A DNA stretch of 64,000 nucleotides from an uncultured virus (IMG/VR IMGVR_UViG_3300018424_000012) (lineage: Duplodnaviria > Heunggongvirae > Uroviricota > Caudoviricetes). The DNA lies in IMG/VR virus record IMGVR_UViG_3300018424_000012, one strand, 5' to 3'. Position 1 is the stretch's first letter. Each line of letters begins with the position of its first letter. The notes under the pieces were generated by a model. That model did no database searches. It was not told the origin of the DNA and saw nothing but the letters and a program-made list of their open reading frames with translations. A program made the translations under genes and the position numbers. Shown in pieces: positions 19,499-31,400 of the stretch.

Positions 19499-21877
19499 TT
19501 AAATAAATCTTACAACTTCAAGTTTTGTTTCATTGACAGGTATAGTTGTCAAATATAACTTATTACCCACAATTACATATTGAGTTGGATCTTGCAATTC
19601 ACCCTCTAAGAACACTAGAAGTTTTTGTTCGTTATATGTATCTTGCACAGTTCCGAATGAATGCTTCTCAAATACAAGTTCTCCCATATCAAAAATCTGC
19701 TGTGAACCATTACACTTGAATACTAGTTTCTTCGTTTCTAAGTCAGTCTCACTTGAAGTTCCTGAGTATGTTGTAATATCAAAGATACCTTGCACTTCAA
19801 TAAACGCATCTTGAGCAGGTGCAGTATTAAATGTCAGTGTAGTTCCACTCAAAGCATATTCTTCATCTCTAAGTACTTTACCATTGATTACTACAAGAAC
19901 ACCAAAGTCGTTAGGTGTAGTTGTTGAGGTGAACGGAATTGTGAATTGCGTAGCAGAACCAGTTCCTCTTAATACTACTTTTCTTCTATTCGTTGCCGCG
20001 ACTTCTGTACACTTCAATACTTTACAATCAATAACAGAACCGAATGCTGGATGTTCATCAAAGAAACATAACTTATTTTTCTCTACAAAATAGGAATCAT
20101 CATTCTGATACACACCATCAATATGAACAATAACACTATCGTCAGATGATGGATGTAATTCGATAAGACCAGTTGCTTCATCTAAAAGTCGAATAAACAT
20201 GTGGTCACCAGCACCAGTTGATGCAATACCAGTCATTGTTACTGTCTTAGCGTCTTGTGTATTATGTCCGGCGCCAGGAGTAAGTGTTTCAAACATAATC
20301 AATTCGACTTTTACTGATTGGTCAGTTGAACCAGGATTTCCCCCTAGTGTCAAAGTTTGACCAGATATTGACCATGTGTCTCTTGCCTGAATAATACCAT
20401 CAACAATAACTAAGAACATTTCTTCATTTGCGGCATTAGCAGACTGAGTTGAGAATGTTCCATGTCTGCTTGTATAACCAGATGCGGTTGTAAATGTATT
20501 TGATGAACCGTTCGATACCCATGTTGCACGACTAATTGCTGTGTCTGCTAATAGTGAAACATCATCATTACCTATCAGACCTTGCAAATCTCTGATTTCA
20601 ACTTTAGGTGCTTGGTCATCAACGCCAACTCTAGAACCAATATTTACTACTTGATTTGATGCTCCAGAACCTTCATTGAAGTCTGCGGAAACTACAGTGT
20701 ACTCATCAAACGGTTGAATAATACCATCAATAGCAACAATCAAATCTGCTTCATCAGTTGATAAGTCATAAGTTGTTTCTTTTTGATATACGTTATTCGT
20801 AGTGTCCCAGTGATGATTATTTACATCAAAGTATTGTTGACCTTCATTATCTGTGATTGCAGTGATAGTCAATGTCGCATCGTTAGTTGAACCTGATTGA
20901 ATAATTGTCAATACTTCGTTATTTTGATAGTTGTATGCAAATTCACCGTTTGCTAAGTCGGTATTGATTGTAACACCAGTCACCTGACCACCAGATGCGG
21001 TGATATTTACTCTGAATCCTTGTCCAGAACCGCCTCTTGCTTCTAGATTGTTTGCTGTTGTATATCCTGAAGTACCTACGCTTGTTGGTCCACTAATAGT
21101 TGTTGGTTGACCATTAATGTTTTTACCCATCAGAACTCTTCGGTTAAGATTGGTATACATTGTGCTTTTAAGACCTCTAAATTCAATTGGTGTATTTTCA
21201 GTCAATACACTTTCATGAACATACTTATATTCGTTTACAAGAGCATACTCATTATGATTTGACATTACAGATGCACTTGCACCGCCTCTAAAGACGAGAA
21301 GATTGTTTTCAGCATCAGTCTTTTGATGCATAGGAACAATATTCTGCAATCCATCGGTGATTGCTCTCGTTCTTACAATTGCCAGACTGTTTGATGCTTG
21401 CACATTACCAGATGGATCAATAACATCATAGATACCTCTGATTTCAAGTTCAGTATTAATTGACGGAATTTGTGTCAAAACTACTTTATTTGCAACTAGA
21501 ACATAATCTTTATCTTGAAGAATATCACCATTTTTAGTAACAATAATTGAATACTCATCAGGCGGTGTAAATCCACAATCAAATATTCTTGTTGAACCAT
21601 CACATAAATATGTTTTGCTTCTTACAGATTGAAACTCGGATGCTTTCAGTGCTTGAATAATTACTTCTGCGCCGCTTGCTGGTGCATCTGAAAGAAGTAC
21701 TTTATTAGGATGTTTGAATACAAAATCTTGGTCGTTTAGATACACACCATCAATATACACCGACATTTGATTGTCGCTGAGTGGTATGAATTCTGTTGTA
21801 AATATCTTACGAACCCCATCGGCAATAAACCTTTGAGTTCTGATATTATTTCCTTTAGTTCTTCCGATGTAAGGCAT
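19499..21877 (-). CDS. Repeat-domain virion structural/fibre protein
   Basis: About eight beta repeats with V.[IV][DN]G..Q...[YW] cores. Confidence 0.7.
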   Translation of the reverse strand: MPYIGRTKGNNIRTQRFIADGVRKIFTTEFIPLSDNQMSVYIDGVYLNDQDFVFKHPNKVLLSDAPASGAEVIIQALKASEFQSVRSKTYLCDGSTRIFDCGFTPPDEYSIIVTKNGDILQDKDYVLVANKVVLTQIPSINTELEIRGIYDVIDPSGNVQASNSLAIVRTRAITDGLQNIVPMHQKTDAENNLLVFRGGASASVMSNHNEYALVNEYKYVHESVLTENTPIEFRGLKSTMYTNLNRRVLMGKNINGQPTTISGPTSVGTSGYTTANNLEARGGSGQGFRVNITASGGQVTGVTINTDLANGEFAYNYQNNEVLTIIQSGSTNDATLTITAITDNEGQQYFDVNNHHWDTTNNVYQKETTYDLSTDEADLIVAIDGIIQPFDEYTVVSADFNEGSGASNQVVNIGSRVGVDDQAPKVEIRDLQGLIGNDDVSLLADTAISRATWVSNGSSNTFTTASGYTSRHGTFSTQSANAANEEMFLVIVDGIIQARDTWSISGQTLTLGGNPGSTDQSVKVELIMFETLTPGAGHNTQDAKTVTMTGIASTGAGDHMFIRLLDEATGLIELHPSSDDSVIVHIDGVYQNDDSYFVEKNKLCFFDEHPAFGSVIDCKVLKCTEVAATNRRKVVLRGTGSATQFTIPFTSTTTPNDFGVLVVINGKVLRDEEYALSGTTLTFNTAPAQDAFIEVQGIFDITTYSGTSSETDLETKKLVFKCNGSQQIFDMGELVFEKHSFGTVQDTYNEQKLLVFLEGELQDPTQYVIVGNKLYLTTIPVNETKLEVVRFI

Positions 21878-21894
21878 GTGTTACTTCTCTCTCT

Positions 21895-22230
21895 TTACGG
21901 TGTAAATTCTAGTGCATTGACAACAACATCAAGAGAATTCGCTCTAGATGCTTTCACCTTTACAATCTCTCCATCGTTCAAGTTAATAGGTCGCTCTAAT
22001 ATTGCTCCTAAGTTTGCTTGAACTGGATAAAGATATGCTACATGAAACTCATTACCTGCGCCATCGTCAATAACAATATTAACGTACAAGTCTTCTAGGT
22101 TATATGTGTTTGTAATGTAGATTGAGTGAATGACCGCATACTTACCACTAGGTACCGTGTATAAAGTACTTCCTGAACCTGTGGATGATGCTCCACTCAC
22201 TTTTGTATTTTTAAATATACCTGTTGCCAT
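21895..22230 (-). CDS. Small fibre-associated protein
   Basis: 111 aa; LYTVP and INLNDGE; paralog of 24220-24555. Confidence 0.65.
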   Translation of the reverse strand: MATGIFKNTKVSGASSTGSGSTLYTVPSGKYAVIHSIYITNTYNLEDLYVNIVIDDGAGNEFHVAYLYPVQANLGAILERPINLNDGEIVKVKASRANSLDVVVNALEFTP

Positions 22231-22252
22231 TTTTACTTCCTATCTATATTCA

Positions 22253-22260
22253 TATTTATA
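22253..22260 (-). promoter_or_regulatory. Late promoter
   Basis: TATAAATA on minus strand. Confidence 0.75.
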
Positions 22261-22264
22261 ATAC

Positions 22265-24217
22265 TTATGACATTGCAATTGCAAAGAAACCCAAGTCTTC
22301 GCCAAGTGCAGGTGGCGCAACTAGACTTCTTGCAAGTTTCTTCAATGCCCCACCATCTGACGCATCTGCGATAATCAAGTCATCAGCATTTTGAACTGTT
22401 GTTGCTCTTGGTAGACCATTTACAAGGTTAGTAACAGAACCAGTTTGGTCTAGTGAAGATGCCACTACTGAACCTGACGCGATACTTGTTGCAACTGACA
22501 TTGTAGTATCTTGTAAGTCTGTCATAGTTGATGATACTGTACCAGTCACATCACCAGTCAAAGTAACTGTGAGTGATGGATCATTCAATGCAACGTCAAG
22601 GTAAAATCTGTTATTAGCATCATCATGATTTAGTGTAATGGTATTACCAGCACCCGGAAATGAACCGCCTGTATTAGATGTATTTTCGAATGAACCAATG
22701 TAGTCATACAATGCTTCAACACCAGTTGCGGTAAGATTATCAAAGTCACGATTTGTCTTTGCATCAATCAGACCAGTAATTGTTGTGTAGAAGTTTGCAT
22801 CATCGTTAATAGCGGCGGCAAGTTCATTCAGTGTATCAAGTGCGCCTGGTGAACTATCAATCAACTCTGAGATTGCTGTACGCACATAACGCATTGTTGC
22901 AACTCTAGAAGTGTTCTCGTTTTGTGGAAATGAAGCATATGTAAAGTTCACATATGGTGGAATATGCATACAAGGACCGCCACCTTCTGAAAGTGTGATT
23001 GACCCTCCACTTTCTGATACAAATGAAGTTCTGAATCCATGTACTGTCAATGTATCGCCACTGATTGCCATAATTCTTGTCAACTGATTATTTGCGGCAT
23101 TAGTACAACCTTCAATCTTACATACATCACCAACTGAGAAACTACTCATATCACCAGAGTTTGATGATGCAATAGTACATGCAGTTTGTTCTGAGAAGTA
23201 TTCTGGATTTGACAGAGGTGTAATTGTCAAGTTAGAACTATTAGATACACGAACTGCTTCAGGCAGTCTCTTGTGAGCATACATGACAGTAGACTTCAAC
23301 TCACCATATGAATTATTAGTATCTGTTGCAAGAATTAACTGGTCATCAGCACCAACTACCATATCGCCATCAGTAAGACGCACAGTACCTAGAATATCAC
23401 TATCGGAATCTGTTAAGTTCAATCTTGCTTGTGCGGCACTATCTGCATTGTTTTCATCTTGAATTGTAAATGTTGCGGCACCAGACCCCGCCGCTTGGTC
23501 AGAGAATGTAATTGTTCCATCAATCTTAACATCACCAACAACATGTAGAATTTCAGTAGGAGACGTTGTACCAATACCTACTTTTGAAGTTGCTGTGTTT
23601 ACAAATAGCAGATTATCATTGGCATTACCTTTAACATGAAAATCTAGTCCTACTTGTCCATCATTGATAGTTACTTCGTCAGGAGTAAGCATCAAAACAG
23701 ACTTGAGTGTTCCTCCCGACATAACATTAAAGTCAAACTCACCTTCTTCTGCACCATCAGTAGGGTCTTTAATATGACCATACATTTCTGCATAAGTTAC
23801 AGTTTCATCTGCAGAGTTCTTACCTTCTAATTTGAATTTACCTAATATATCATCAGCGGCAGGAGTATTACTATCTCTTGTAAGAGTTATTGTAGGACTT
23901 GCTGTTGCACCATCATCAGTGTAAAATACATTAATTCCATCACCAACTATGTCAAGAGCAACAGTTGGAGATGCAACATTGATACCAATTCTGTCGTTTG
24001 TTGTATCAATGACAAACGTATCTGTGTCAAACGTATGATTACCGGTAGTTGCAGTATTTACAATATTACCAGTCTGCGTTTGAGTTGTATCAGTAATCGT
24101 CAGGTTAGTAGTAGTCGATGCAGTATCATCAATACCTGTCGATTGAAAAGTGGTGATTGTACCACCATCAATTCTATTACCTGATACTCTTGGTTGCGCT
24201 CCTACATACTTCGCCAT
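22265..24217 (-). CDS. Tail fibre protein
   Basis: RIGIN..SP...LDIVG and KVGIGTTSP...LHVVG fibre repeats; SPGALDTLNELAAAINDD motif. Confidence 0.85.
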   Translation of the reverse strand: MAKYVGAQPRVSGNRIDGGTITTFQSTGIDDTASTTTNLTITDTTQTQTGNIVNTATTGNHTFDTDTFVIDTTNDRIGINVASPTVALDIVGDGINVFYTDDGATASPTITLTRDSNTPAADDILGKFKLEGKNSADETVTYAEMYGHIKDPTDGAEEGEFDFNVMSGGTLKSVLMLTPDEVTINDGQVGLDFHVKGNANDNLLFVNTATSKVGIGTTSPTEILHVVGDVKIDGTITFSDQAAGSGAATFTIQDENNADSAAQARLNLTDSDSDILGTVRLTDGDMVVGADDQLILATDTNNSYGELKSTVMYAHKRLPEAVRVSNSSNLTITPLSNPEYFSEQTACTIASSNSGDMSSFSVGDVCKIEGCTNAANNQLTRIMAISGDTLTVHGFRTSFVSESGGSITLSEGGGPCMHIPPYVNFTYASFPQNENTSRVATMRYVRTAISELIDSSPGALDTLNELAAAINDDANFYTTITGLIDAKTNRDFDNLTATGVEALYDYIGSFENTSNTGGSFPGAGNTITLNHDDANNRFYLDVALNDPSLTVTLTGDVTGTVSSTMTDLQDTTMSVATSIASGSVVASSLDQTGSVTNLVNGLPRATTVQNADDLIIADASDGGALKKLARSLVAPPALGEDLGFFAIAMS

Positions 24218-24219
24218 GA

Positions 24220-24555
24220 TTAGATATCCTCTAGAATACTTGCAATAGCATTCAATGATGCTGATGCACTACTTGTCACTGCTAATTTATCACTTTCATT
24301 CAGTACAATCTTTTGTCCACTAATAAATGATAGTGTTGAGTTTGCTGGAATGTTTATGTTGTTTCCTATTACTACATATGATGACGCGGAATCATCGTAT
24401 ATTTCAACATCTACAGTAATAGCAGAAACAGTAACATTTGCCAGTTCTAGACCAATAATCATACTACGCTTACCTACTGCGGAAGGTGTAGTATACATAT
24501 CAGTTCTAGCAGTTCCTACTCCACTAGCAATTCTATTTTCGAAATCATTTGCCAT
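24220..24555 (-). CDS. Small fibre-associated protein
   Basis: 111 aa; MANDF, IIGL.LAN, IP..STL, GQKIVL, SILE. Confidence 0.7.
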   Translation of the reverse strand: MANDFENRIASGVGTARTDMYTTPSAVGKRSMIIGLELANVTVSAITVDVEIYDDSASSYVVIGNNINIPANSTLSFISGQKIVLNESDKLAVTSSASASLNAIASILEDI

Positions 24556-24578
24556 TTTTTTCCTCTATTTTCTACTAT

Positions 24579-24923
24579 TTATTCAACAAACCCATGAGCA
24601 TCTAAATCACTATCTGAACCAAATACTGCGATAGGATGCATGTCGTATGCTTGTGGTTCTGCTTCTGAAATACGAAATCTACCAATTTCATTTCCTAATT
24701 CATTGTGCGCTTCTACAAAATTTTCATTTCCATTTGGTCTAAGTGTCACATCAATACTTGTTATATCACCCAAATCTGCTTGTATAACATTAGCGGCATT
24801 TACTAAGTTACTACCTAAGTCTGCGTTAATTCCATCTGGATCACCAACTGCATTACCTAAAGTATTAGTATTATTAAACCATTCTTTAAAACTAATCAGT
24901 CTTGTAAAGTCAATAAGTGCCAT
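24579..24923 (-). CDS. Short coiled-coil virion protein
   Basis: SFKEW...TN, NLVNAAN, NFVEAHNEL; paralog of 24926-25207. Confidence 0.6.
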   Translation of the reverse strand: MALIDFTRLISFKEWFNNTNTLGNAVGDPDGINADLGSNLVNAANVIQADLGDITSIDVTLRPNGNENFVEAHNELGNEIGRFRISEAEPQAYDMHPIAVFGSDSDLDAHGFVE

Positions 24924-24925
24924 AG

Positions 24926-25207
24926 TTATGCAAACGCAATCAATACAGGTCTAGACAATGCATTAGCAGATGCTAAGTTGTCTAAGTCTGTCTTCAACTC
25001 ATTTAGTGAACCTACTAAATTTGATTTCTGAGCAGTAGTCAATGTAGTCAAATCTCCCTGTTCATTATCAAGTTCATTCACTGCGCCCACGACATCTGTA
25101 GCAGTTGTTGTCAATGATGCAGGATCACCTAAGTTAGTAGAGATAGTATTAGTCTTCTGTCTCCACTGTTCTAAACTGTCCGTTGTGTTTACTACTACTA
25201 CTGCCAT
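24926..25207 (-). CDS. Short coiled-coil virion protein
   Basis: TDSLEQWRQKTN; two LTT....[DN][VL]VG.[VL]NEL repeats. Confidence 0.65.
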   Translation of the reverse strand: MAVVVVNTTDSLEQWRQKTNTISTNLGDPASLTTTATDVVGAVNELDNEQGDLTTLTTAQKSNLVGSLNELKTDLDNLASANALSRPVLIAFA

Positions 25208-25208
25208 A

Positions 25209-25433
25209 TTACTTCTCCAATACTTGAATGAGCATACGTTTTATATCTCGCATTTCATCTTTAAGAGTATTTATCTCATCACACATATTCTGCACTTTCA
25301 TCTTTTCAGACTTTTTAGCGAGTTGAACTGTCATGTATTTCTGATATTCAACAGAATTAGTGTTAATAACACCTTTGCTATTTTTCTCTCTAACTAGGTC
25401 AGGATGACCTTCTATTTGTATAAAGTTTTTCAT
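25209..25433 (-). CDS. Conserved small protein downstream of VrlC-like gene
   Basis: IEGHPDLVR....GVIN plus C-terminal coiled coil. Confidence 0.7.
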   Translation of the reverse strand: MKNFIQIEGHPDLVREKNSKGVINTNSVEYQKYMTVQLAKKSEKMKVQNMCDEINTLKDEMRDIKRMLIQVLEK

Positions 25434-25434
25434 A

Positions 25435-28400
25435 TTACAGTGCCAATGCTATAACTCTAAGGTTCTTAATTTTAGGTACAAACGATGTGTTTGTTGATTT
25501 CATGACAATCTTAATTGCAACAGCAGAAAACTCTGCTAATCCTTCTACTAGATGTGTTCTCTCTCGGAAAACTGTAGGATCACCATCTGCGCTATCTGAT
25601 ATTTCAGTATCAACTTTTGCCCAAGGAATAGTTTCAAACTTTTGTTCAGTACCATCAGTAATTCTCTTATAGTATACATCAACAGTACAAGAAGCAGGTC
25701 TATTCATTTCATACAATATCTTAATTGCTGTAGAAGGATTTTGAAGAGTAAATCTTCTAGTCACATAGTTTGCTAGATTACTCGCTCCCGCTGGAGCAAT
25801 ATCATGTAAATACTTTTCATGCTGTACAATAGTGACTGCATTAGATGCCGCTTCATCAGTAGCAGGTACTGGTGTTGTTGTGATAGTTGCAGTTGTACCA
25901 TCATTCTTATAATTACTAATCAAGTACTTTTGATTGTTGCCAGCGTTTGCGGCACCCGATATTGTAATATACTTACCAATATCTAAAGTATCAAACAAAT
26001 CTCTTGTTGCACTATTTGTTGTAGTAATATTACCATTTGTATTTGAGAATGCAACATTAGTATCTGCACTTACTGCAGTTCTATCATCATGTGTGCTTAG
26101 ATTAACATCTGTTTCAACTCTATTATCAATTCTGTTTTGAATACAGCATAGAGATATACGCTGGGAATCAATCATTGGTGATACAAAATCATTCAGTGTA
26201 TTGAATGTTGCTCTAATTCTAGCAGAGTAACCAACAGTTCCACTTTCATTTTCTTTGGATTCAATAATCATAGGTTCATCATATATTTGATTTTGATTTT
26301 CTTGTACTGGTTTAAATCCAGTGAAAATGTTTCCTGCTTTTTTCTGAACATTCATATCATATGTCAAAGATGATTGTGCAAAACGAATGTTTGTCAGAGT
26401 AGGTTGAATAATATCAGCAATAAAGTTTCTAGTTGCTTGAACATTACCTCCCCCCACAGTATCACTAGATAATCCAGCAATACCATTTACAACATTTCCT
26501 GCAGTAACTTCGATAACATAAGTGTCATTTGTTACAGGTCCCACAACAGTATGTTGCTTATTAAACTCTGTATGAGGTATACCGTTTGTGGTAGAGTTTG
26601 CGCCATAGAATCCAGGAGCAACATTAGCAATTGTCACTTTATCTCCAACTGAGAGACCATGATTTCTTTGCGTTACGCGAACTTTATTAGTGTTCGGTGC
26701 TGTTTCAAATGGGTTGTTATTCAGAACAGTAAATCCATTTCTTACGTTCTTAAAGTCCATTACTGCAACACTACCCGTAAACAATGCACGATACATTGTC
26801 ATTTTGATATCTCTAGTCTGATGAGGTGTCCATGTATTACCATTCTGAGACAAGAACATAGTACCAGTCAATGGGTTTCTAGAAATTGTTCTGTTGTCTC
26901 CGAGATTACTCTCGCCAATATCAGAGAAGAATACTTTACATCCAGGTTGGTCAACTTTAATCAAGATTGCATATGTTACATCGCCCGCTAAGAAGATTGG
27001 ACTATCAAACACAACAGTTGTTGGAACAGTTGCATCAGTAGATACTTTCACATCTGCAACGTCAATTACTTTTTGTTGAATAATTTTTTCTGATGGGAAC
27101 CCGTCTTTTGTGTTAACCATCTGAATAATGATAGGTCTCGTACCTGCTTCATTGAAATACAAGTCAACTTTAGTAATCATAACACCATCTTTTGCTTCGT
27201 TAATCACAAAAGTTTGTGCTAGTGGATCGTGCTGACCGCAACCGCCGCCTGCACCTGAACCACCGCCGTCACCGCCGTCACCACCATCTGCAGATGGAGG
27301 CGGTTGAACTCTAGAAGTTCTTTGAAAGCGAGTTGAACCAGTAATGTTTCTTGAAATTTCGCGCTCTTCTTGCAGTCGGTCACGAACAAATTCTGCTTGT
27401 CTAAGAGACAAGATAGTTTCTTCTCTTGTTTCGTTTATACCTGTTGCATGAAATATCTTTTCTGCTTTTGTAGTGTGAATACCAATTTCAATATTATTTG
27501 TATTATTATCAATAAATCTTAGTGTTCTATCACCAGTTCTGAACTTAACAGTATCAGTATTAGGAACAACAAATACACCAGTATAAGTACCTTCATTATC
27601 AGTGATATTATCATCACCAAACTGTTTTAAGTTTTTATACACATCTGTAGAAGTACCATCTGATACACTATTAATTGCTGTGATTTCACACAAGTTCTTT
27701 GCACCTAGCGCATTGTCAATAGTACCCGTAAGGTCATCACCGATTGCAAAACCATTCTTGATATTAGAAACATGGAATGTATGAGGAAGTGTATCTGCTG
27801 TTTCTGTGTTTAGATGTCCAGCATAACTGACAACACCAGATGCTTGAAGTCTAGTTACAGTACCACCGGAAGTGTATGCAGATACAGTAGTGATTGGTGT
27901 ACCAGTTGCATCAAAATTAACAATCGTAAATGTGCTTGTTCCAGTATCTACACTCTCAACTCTATATTTACCATCATTAAGTTCTGTTGAACCCACAATA
28001 CTTGCAAATTCAACTACATGACCAACTGAAATACCTGATACACTAGATGCTGTAATAGTTACAGTATTACCAACTTTCGCTACATTTGATATTGAAGTTG
28101 CTGTGTGAACAGAGTTTCTTACAACATCCCCAAGAGCAAATGCAAGTGCAGGATATGCGATATCGGAATCTGGGTCTACGAAAGTACCAAAGTAACGAGC
28201 ATCGTCTGTGTCGAATTCAACTCCAGGGTCTTGTAGTGGATCAAACTGGAAGTCTGTTCTGTTTGGAGCAGTCACAGTAAATTTATCGTCAGGTTTAACA
28301 TATGCGTTCACATTAACATTATCAAAGAATGCATTTACTTTAGTTCTAGGTTTCATGTTATCAATTTGAACATGAATTGGTATTTCACGCATATACGGAA

Positions 28401-31400
28401 TCATAGACATATCTACAATTCTATCACCCATTGGTTTATCAACTGTTGAGTTTAAAAGTTTAGTTTCTACACCTTCACGGACTTGTCCTACTTGTTGAGT
28501 ACCTACTTGCTGTAGAATGTTACCATTCCATCCTCCTGATACTCCACTACCAATTACTCGTTCGCCAGTGAAGATTTGCTCACCGAACCAGTTGTCTTGC
28601 CATGATTCCCAAACTGTACCTTCAACGCCAATCTCATCTGCTAAGAATTGAATTGCATCAAAGTTGTTGTCATCAACAACCACAAGGTCAGGTCTGCGAG
28701 TTGTATCTTTCCAATCATCAGAAGCAGGTGTAAGTATCATCTCTCCAGTATATGGAGAAACTTTATACGCATTGACTTCCATGCTGTCTGAAGCATATGG
28801 GTTTTCAATAAATGGTATTTCACTATAATCTAAAGTAATAATACCATCTCTATGTTTTCTATAGTTTGCGGCAGTTCTTTGTGCATCTGTAGAGTTCTCT
28901 TCGACCATCTTCACAATTTCAGTATGTGCCATTGGTCGCGCTTGCTTTCTTTTCATATCAATAGCAACACGATAATCAGGAGAACCTACATTACCGATTC
29001 CGTGACCTTTGAAATTATCTACAATGAAACCATTCTTCAGTCTTGGATTACCGTCAGCATCTAATATTAGCAAATCGGTTGTTGCTTTCTCAAGCAAGTT
29101 GAGTGAACTGACTTCTTCAAGATTGGAAATTCTAGTTTCAAGTCTGCCAATATCTTTCATAGTGTAGCGTTTATTTTTAATCTTTCTCGCAACAACTTCT
29201 GAAATATTAATAACATAAGGTTTGTACGTCACTTCAAAAAGTGTCATCGCCTTGCCAAGGTCAAGAGGTGGTCTAGGAGAAATATCAGGAACTCCAGGTA
29301 TTCTAATGAATTTACCATCAAAGTTCATTGCAATCTTATCGATACGTCCTAAGAAGTATGTAAAGTCTGCATTGAAGTTTGTACCAATCATAGGAATTTC
29401 AGTGACAGAACCACCACTACCTGTGAATGATCCTCCACTATCTTGAACTCTTGGTCTAAAGTCTAAACAGTCACGCAAGTCATATGTATTACCATCTCCA
29501 TCAGGTGATGAATATATCGGAATATCTTCGTAATCTACAACACCGTCATAACTGTCTACTGAGAAGTAGTCTCCACCAGAGTGAGTGAAGTAATCAAATG
29601 TTACTAGTAGACGCCCTGTAGGCGCAGGACGACCCGGTTTAAGTATAATTCGTGCTAAGTCATAAAACGCATCTCTTTGACCGTTATCAAATGTAAATCT
29701 ATCAGTGATGTCTTGGTCAGATGAAGTAGCATTAGTGCTAAAGTCTGCCGCCATTTTGACAGACTTGAGAGCATACCCATCTGCTTTACCAAGAGTAATC
29801 TCTGTGTTTTGCGCGGCCGCTTGAGTTGTAATCTGAACTGTGGAATTTGGTTGTAGTGCTTTTGTTTTTTCAGCACCAGCGGCACCTGAAATTTCAACAG
29901 AAGCAATAATTTCAACCGAGTTACCGTTTGTTGGATTTGCACCAGATGGTAAGGTCTTACTTAGTAGATTACTAATTGTTAGTGTTCTACCACCATTACT
30001 AAGTGCTAAGTCACCAGATGCAATAGGTAAGATTGCACCAACATCTTGAGTTGCTAGTGCAGTACCAGTTCCTGTAGCAGTAATAATTGCAATAAAGTTT
30101 TGTAAGTTCGATACAGAGGCAAAGGATTCGTTATCTGGAACAGTAAACTGTGCGGCACCTGCGGCAATATTATACGCAACATCAAAGTGTCTTCGTACAG
30201 TGTAAGTAGATGACAATACGTTATCTGGATTCTGTGCATCAGAACCACGAATTTTTCTCATTCTAAAGTATCCAGTAGGGAATACTAGAATTTTTTGGTC
30301 TGGTCTTAAAAGTTCTGCAGAAAAACGCTTGAGAATACCACCACTAACAACATTACCTGCGGCGGTTGTTGTGTTAGCAGTTAGTTCTAATTCTAAGTTA
30401 TTAGTAACAGTATCCACTTCTCCAATTCTAACATCACCTGTTGTGGTTGTCAAGAATAATACATCACCAGCGCGAACTTGAGAGTTGAATGCAGTACCAA
30501 CACCAGTTACAGTAGCATCCGCATCTACAGTTGAAGCAGTACCAGATAGTGTTACTAGTTTAGGTTCAATCTCACATGAGAATGTAGCAGAAGAAGGTGT
30601 TGAACTGTCACCAAATGCTCTAGCATCTCTAGCAAAATCTTTTCCATCATTCATTTGAATGTCAAAAATACTGAGTTTATATGTAACGTCATCAATGTCA
30701 CCAGTGTAATCGCCATCATGCAACTGAATACCTCTTAAATTTGCATTACCAATTACTGCAGGTGAACCATCTATAAAATCATCATAGATGAATACTTCTG
30801 CAAAATCATTGATATCTGCGGCACCAGTTAGTGTGTTTACTAGAACATAATTACCAACATCTGTCTGAATTGGTGTATCTACAACAGAGTTGAATGTTCT
30901 TGGTTTAGGAACATTAACAAACTTTGTAATTTTACTTTCGACTTCGTAACCTTGAACATATGCTTTACCAGGTTCAATACCAAGAGCAAGTTTTGCTCTA
31001 TCACCTGGTGTGTCTGCGTTTGCATCCCACACACCTCTGTTGGTGCCGTCATTAAAGTGTTCACGAATATCAAGTCTAAAAGGTTTAACTTCATAGTCGC
31101 CACTTTCATCATATGTTCTTCTTGCAAATTCTTCTTGTAAGAAGTTGTAGTTTGCTTTTTCAACAAGTTTAGAAATCTGTCCTTGCTCACATCTTGCGAG
31201 TTCAATAAAGTTTACATCATCTGTCGCTGTAAGTGATTTTTTTGTTAGTGTAAGATTAATTTTGTATCTATGTGCGCCAGGAGCGGCAAAGTTAGATGCT
31301 CCTTGTGCATTATCTTTTAGTGTAGCATCTTCTTCAGGTGTTACTGTTGTTTGTGATACTTGAAATCCTACACGAAAAGATGGATAGTTGTGATATGGTT

